Positions 60,794 to 64,000 of a stretch of 64,000 nt of DNA are shown in pieces. The position numbers and the translations under genes are program-made. Within the stretch, counting starts at the first letter, position 1. Each line of letters starts with the position of its first letter. The notes under the pieces were generated by a model. It saw only the letters and a program-made list of their open reading frames with translations, made no database searches and was not told the origin of the DNA. The DNA is from an uncultured Fibrobacteria bacterium (GTDB taxonomy: Bacteria > Fibrobacterota > Fibrobacteria > UBA11236): assembly GCA_963716395.1 (NCBI GenBank), contig OY970309.1, positions 544,001 to 608,000 of the forward strand, read 5' to 3'.

Positions 60794-62821
60794 GTGCGTT
60801 GGTATTTTTTCGCCGTGGTGCGCTTTCCTGCGATTTTCTTCCTCGGCATCTTCCTGTCACAAATCTCCGCCGGCACCCCCGAAGGTCTGCCGGGTACCTA
60901 TGCCTCGCCTTCGGCGCAAACCCTGGATCATGGCGCGATTTCCGTGGGCGTCACCGCCTTCGGCAACGACGATGCCTCGCAGGTGTTGCCCCGTTACCTG
61001 CTGCTGACACCGGGCGGCCCGGACACGGCCTCGTTCCAAGATCTGCTCAGCGGCGGCCTGATCCTGCATGCGGCCATGGGCCTGGGCGGGAACTTCGATT
61101 TCGGTCTGGCGCTGCCGATCTATATGAACAACATCGCCGATCCGCCCGAAGCTTCCGTGCTGAATGCCACGGCGCTGGGCGACCTGAAGCTTCTGGCCAA
61201 GGTGCGCGCACCGCTGCCAACTCCGGTGCTGGCCCTATCGCTGGCCGGTGGCCTCACCGTTCCCTCGAATGCCGGCCAGGGATTTCTGCCCATGGTCAGT
61301 GCCCTGGCGGTCGATACCGCAGGCCGCGGTTTCAACCACGACACCTATTCCGCCAAAGCCCTGACTGAAATGGGGCTGGGAATCATCACCGTGGATCTCT
61401 CGCAAGCCCGGTTTTCCCTGCCCTTTCGCTTCAACGTGTCGGGAGGCTATTGGCATTTGCCCCGAGGGCTGGGCGGCGATCGCGCGCTGTGGAACGGCTC
61501 GCTGGAATGGCTCGCATCTCCGCGGCTCGGATTCTTCGGCGACCTGTCTTCGCAGGCTTCGCTATCCGGCTTTAACGGTGTGCGCAGTTTTATCCGCCAA
61601 GATCTGCGCACCACCGCCGGCATTTCCCTCAACGGCGACGACGGTTTTTCCGCCAGCGGCGGGGCGCAATTCACGCTTTCGGATCGGCCGCTCTTCCCTT
61701 ATCAAAAATCCGTACCCGGCGGCGGCGTTGCCACCTATTCGGCCCGTGCTCTCCCCGATGTGTCCGTGGTGGTGCAGGTGAGCTGGACCGGTTCGCTGTT
61801 CCCCAAAGACTCCGACGGCGACGGTATTCCCGATGACCAGGACAAATGTCCGACCGTACCCGGCTTGCTCCAATTCGCGGGCTGCCCCAATCCCGACAGC
61901 GATAAAGACGGCATTTGCGATCCCTGGGTCGCCCAGGCCGGCTTGAGCGCGCGATTCGCCAACGTCTGCACCGGGGTCGACAAATGCCCCAATGACCCCG
62001 AAGACAAAGACGGTTTCCAGGACGAAGACGGATGCCCCGAACCCGACAATGACAAAGACGGCATTTGCGATCCCTGGGTCGCCGCGTCCGGTCAAAGCGC
62101 CAAGTATGCCGCCGTCTGCAAAGGCTCGGATAAATGCCCCAATGACCCCGAAGACTTTGACGGCTTTGAAGACCAGGACGGATGTCCCGATCTCGATAAT
62201 GACAAAGACGGCATTCTCGATTCACGGGACAAATGCCCCAATGATGCCGAAGACAAAGACGGCTTTGAAGACCAAGACGGTTGCCCCGATCCCGATAATG
62301 ACAAAGACGGCGTCTGCGATCCCTGGGTGGCGACCAGCGGCCAGTCCGCGAAATACGCCGACGTCTGCCATGGGTCGGACAAATGCCCGGATCAATCCGG
62401 CCCTGTCGACAACACCGGTTGTCCGGTGGCCAAGTCCGATTCCGACACCACCGCCGCACGGGCGCCTTTTCCCGATCACATCGCCTTGCCGCAAGTGCAT
62501 TTCCAAGGTGAGACCAAGGCTTTGACCGTCGATTCCTATCTGGAACTGGACACCCTGCTGCACATGTTGAAAGTCCGCCCCGACGTGCACCTGGAGATCC
62601 ACGTGTACAGCGACGACCGGGGTCGTGCCAGCCGGTTACTGGAATTGACCCAGGCCCGTGCCGAAACCATCCGGCGCTACCTGATTCTGCACGGCATCGA
62701 TCGGCTACATCTAACGGCCGTGGGCATGGGATCGAAAAATCCCATCGCCAGCAACCACACCGCGCGCGGACGCCGGGAAAACCGAAGAGTGGAGGTTGTC
62801 CGCAGCGATGAACGGGACTAA
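60794..62821 (+). CDS. OmpA-family protein: N-terminal barrel, TSP3 calcium-binding repeats, peptidoglycan-binding domain
   Basis: DSDGDGIPDDQDKCP-type repeats; C-terminal RA...G-x-G...PIASN...NRRVEV; start codon uncertain. Confidence 0.88.
   Translation: MRWYFFAVVRFPAIFFLGIFLSQISAGTPEGLPGTYASPSAQTLDHGAISVGVTAFGNDDASQVLPRYLLLTPGGPDTASFQDLLSGGLILHAAMGLGGNFDFGLALPIYMNNIADPPEASVLNATALGDLKLLAKVRAPLPTPVLALSLAGGLTVPSNAGQGFLPMVSALAVDTAGRGFNHDTYSAKALTEMGLGIITVDLSQARFSLPFRFNVSGGYWHLPRGLGGDRALWNGSLEWLASPRLGFFGDLSSQASLSGFNGVRSFIRQDLRTTAGISLNGDDGFSASGGAQFTLSDRPLFPYQKSVPGGGVATYSARALPDVSVVVQVSWTGSLFPKDSDGDGIPDDQDKCPTVPGLLQFAGCPNPDSDKDGICDPWVAQAGLSARFANVCTGVDKCPNDPEDKDGFQDEDGCPEPDNDKDGICDPWVAASGQSAKYAAVCKGSDKCPNDPEDFDGFEDQDGCPDLDNDKDGILDSRDKCPNDAEDKDGFEDQDGCPDPDNDKDGVCDPWVATSGQSAKYADVCHGSDKCPDQSGPVDNTGCPVAKSDSDTTAARAPFPDHIALPQVHFQGETKALTVDSYLELDTLLHMLKVRPDVHLEIHVYSDDRGRASRLLELTQARAETIRRYLILHGIDRLHLTAVGMGSKNPIASNHTARGRRENRRVEVVRSDERD
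61808..62425 (+). repeat. TSP3-type coding repeats
   Basis: Near-identical DNA units encoding DKDG(I/V)CDPWV and DKCPND-x-ED-x-DGF-x-D-x-DGCP. Confidence 0.9.
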
Positions 62822-62921
62822 AGTCCGTTAAAGACCGAGGTCACTGCGCGCGGACCGGAAACCCTCCGAACCGGTGCGATGAACTCGCACACCGGCGACG
62901 GCGGCTGATTTCGAAGATTTG

Positions 62922-63641
62922 TTAAAACGAGTAAGCGTACCCGAAAACCGCGTCCAGATTGAACAAATCAGAGCTTTGGGTTCCGGGACCGAGACGTAAC
63001 ACCACCTTCGGCTCGAAATTGATCGAACTCACTTCATTGATGCGGTACAGGAGATTCACCCCACCCATGAATTCATGCCAGACATTGGCGTCGGAATAAT
63101 GCAGGTTCTGCGTTCCTCCGGTGCTCGGATCGGGAGCGTTGAGATATTCGGTACGCCATTTGACATAGAAGAGTTCATACGAAACTTCGGGAATCACGGT
63201 CATATCGGGGCTGGTCGGATAACGCAGGGCGAAGACCGGCCCGGCCCCCGTGCGCGAACGTGTGAACGAGTTGTAATTGTCGTCGGGTTTGGAAACGTCT
63301 TCGTAGATGTAGTCGCCGCGCACCGCGAAAGAAAAAACCTTCAGGTTGCCGGGCTCGATGAATTCGAATTCGAGCCACGGGTGCATGGTATAGGCGTTCA
63401 GACCCGGAATCAAGATGGTGTCGGACACGGGTTTGGAGGCCTCGAAGCCCAGCGATGTGCGGCCTTCGATGTCGTATTCGAATCCCACCGATGGCTGGGT
63501 GATGTTTGAGTTCCACTCCACGCCGAGATAGGGATGAATGGCCGAAACATCCGACTCGAACAATTGCACCTGGGCATGTGCAGGCAACGATCCGGCGAAC
63601 AATGCGGCCCCGACCAACCATCCCGCATTAAAATTCTTCAT
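62922..63641 (-). CDS. Outer-membrane beta-barrel protein, unknown function
   Basis: Signal peptide, amphipathic strands, terminal FGYAYSF; RBS GGAGG. Confidence 0.8.
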   Translation of the reverse strand: MKNFNAGWLVGAALFAGSLPAHAQVQLFESDVSAIHPYLGVEWNSNITQPSVGFEYDIEGRTSLGFEASKPVSDTILIPGLNAYTMHPWLEFEFIEPGNLKVFSFAVRGDYIYEDVSKPDDNYNSFTRSRTGAGPVFALRYPTSPDMTVIPEVSYELFYVKWRTEYLNAPDPSTGGTQNLHYSDANVWHEFMGGVNLLYRINEVSSINFEPKVVLRLGPGTQSSDLFNLDAVFGYAYSF

Positions 63642-63779
63642 AATTCGTTCATCCTCCGGTGGAACGCTCCGCCGTCTTCGGAACAACCGGTTCAAACCCG
63701 TGACAGGATGAACAGTGGAACCGGATCAGGCAGGACGGCCCAAATAATAGTTTCGATGAAGGGCGCCGCAAAGAAATCC

Positions 63780-63998
63780 TCAGCGTTCCAGCATGAACTT
63801 ATAGACCCCATGTGTTCCGGGCGCAACGGTTATGGTCGTATCCATCGGCGGTGCCAAGCGGTGTACCAACTCGATATGGCAAGGGCCCGCCGGCACTTCC
63901 AGATACGAACTCATCGGGGTTTCGCCCTCGGCTTTTCCATTGATGGTGATACTGGCAAAAGGCGGCGCCGACTTGAGCCAAATCCAACCGGTCTTGGG
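63780..63998 (-). CDS. 3' end of a PEGA-domain protein (partial, not in the supplied ORF list)
   Basis: Minus frame reads PKTGWIWLKSAPPFASITINGKAEGETPM...VPAGPCHIEL...YKFMLER-stop. Confidence 0.75.
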   Translation of the reverse strand, partial: PKTGWIWLKSAPPFASITINGKAEGETPMSSYLEVPAGPCHIELVHRLAPPMDTTITVAPGTHGVYKFMLER

Positions 63999-64000
63999 AG

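Noticed and set aside
61808-62425. Regularly spaced DNA repeats considered as a CRISPR array
   Set aside because: They are in-frame TSP3 coding repeats, and no cas genes are present
63799-63987. 62-aa minus-strand ORF in the supplied list
   Set aside because: Wrong frame; the overlapping frame ending at 63780 encodes a clear PEGA domain

Overview
A GC-rich bacterial chromosomal window. The gene content and protein style (secreted CAZymes with short basic C-terminal sorting domains, PEGA, TSP3-OmpA and cadherin-like proteins, LPS genes) suggest a free-living Fibrobacterota/FCB-group organism; this is inference only. Positions 1-21.8 kb are a plant-polysaccharide degradation region: CE1-like esterase, GH5, GH9-CBM3, GH54, feruloyl-esterase-like protein, a second GH9, GH43-CBM32, a poly-Pro secreted protein, and a small low-GC GNAT/ABM insert. 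The remainder is housekeeping and envelope DNA: FHA-GAF adenylate cyclase, carboxy(nor)spermidine dehydrogenase and decarboxylase, phhB, lexA, an orphan ClpV/TssH, cysA, pilD, a GH2-like protein, glutathione peroxidase, cyclophilin, a tsaB-rimI fusion, ddl, GT9, a diguanylate cyclase, galE, a SpoIIE-type phosphatase, rluA, lpxH, HDOD and OmpA proteins. I found no rRNA, tRNA, CRISPR array, integrase or transposase. The most interesting signals are five. (1) Two tandem lipoproteins are built largely from D-(S/T)-x motifs, and exported proteins generally are enriched for this motif, suggesting a Bacteroidetes-like O-glycosylation system. (2) A divergent lexA promoter carries a 10-bp inverted-repeat operator and an apparently leaderless small membrane ORF, a candidate SOS effector. 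(3) About 11 genes have a TAnnnT box 6-7 nt before the start codon, suggesting leaderless mRNAs. (4) A T9SS-like sorting domain is inserted inside an N-terminal beta-sandwich. (5) clpV has no neighbouring T6SS genes.
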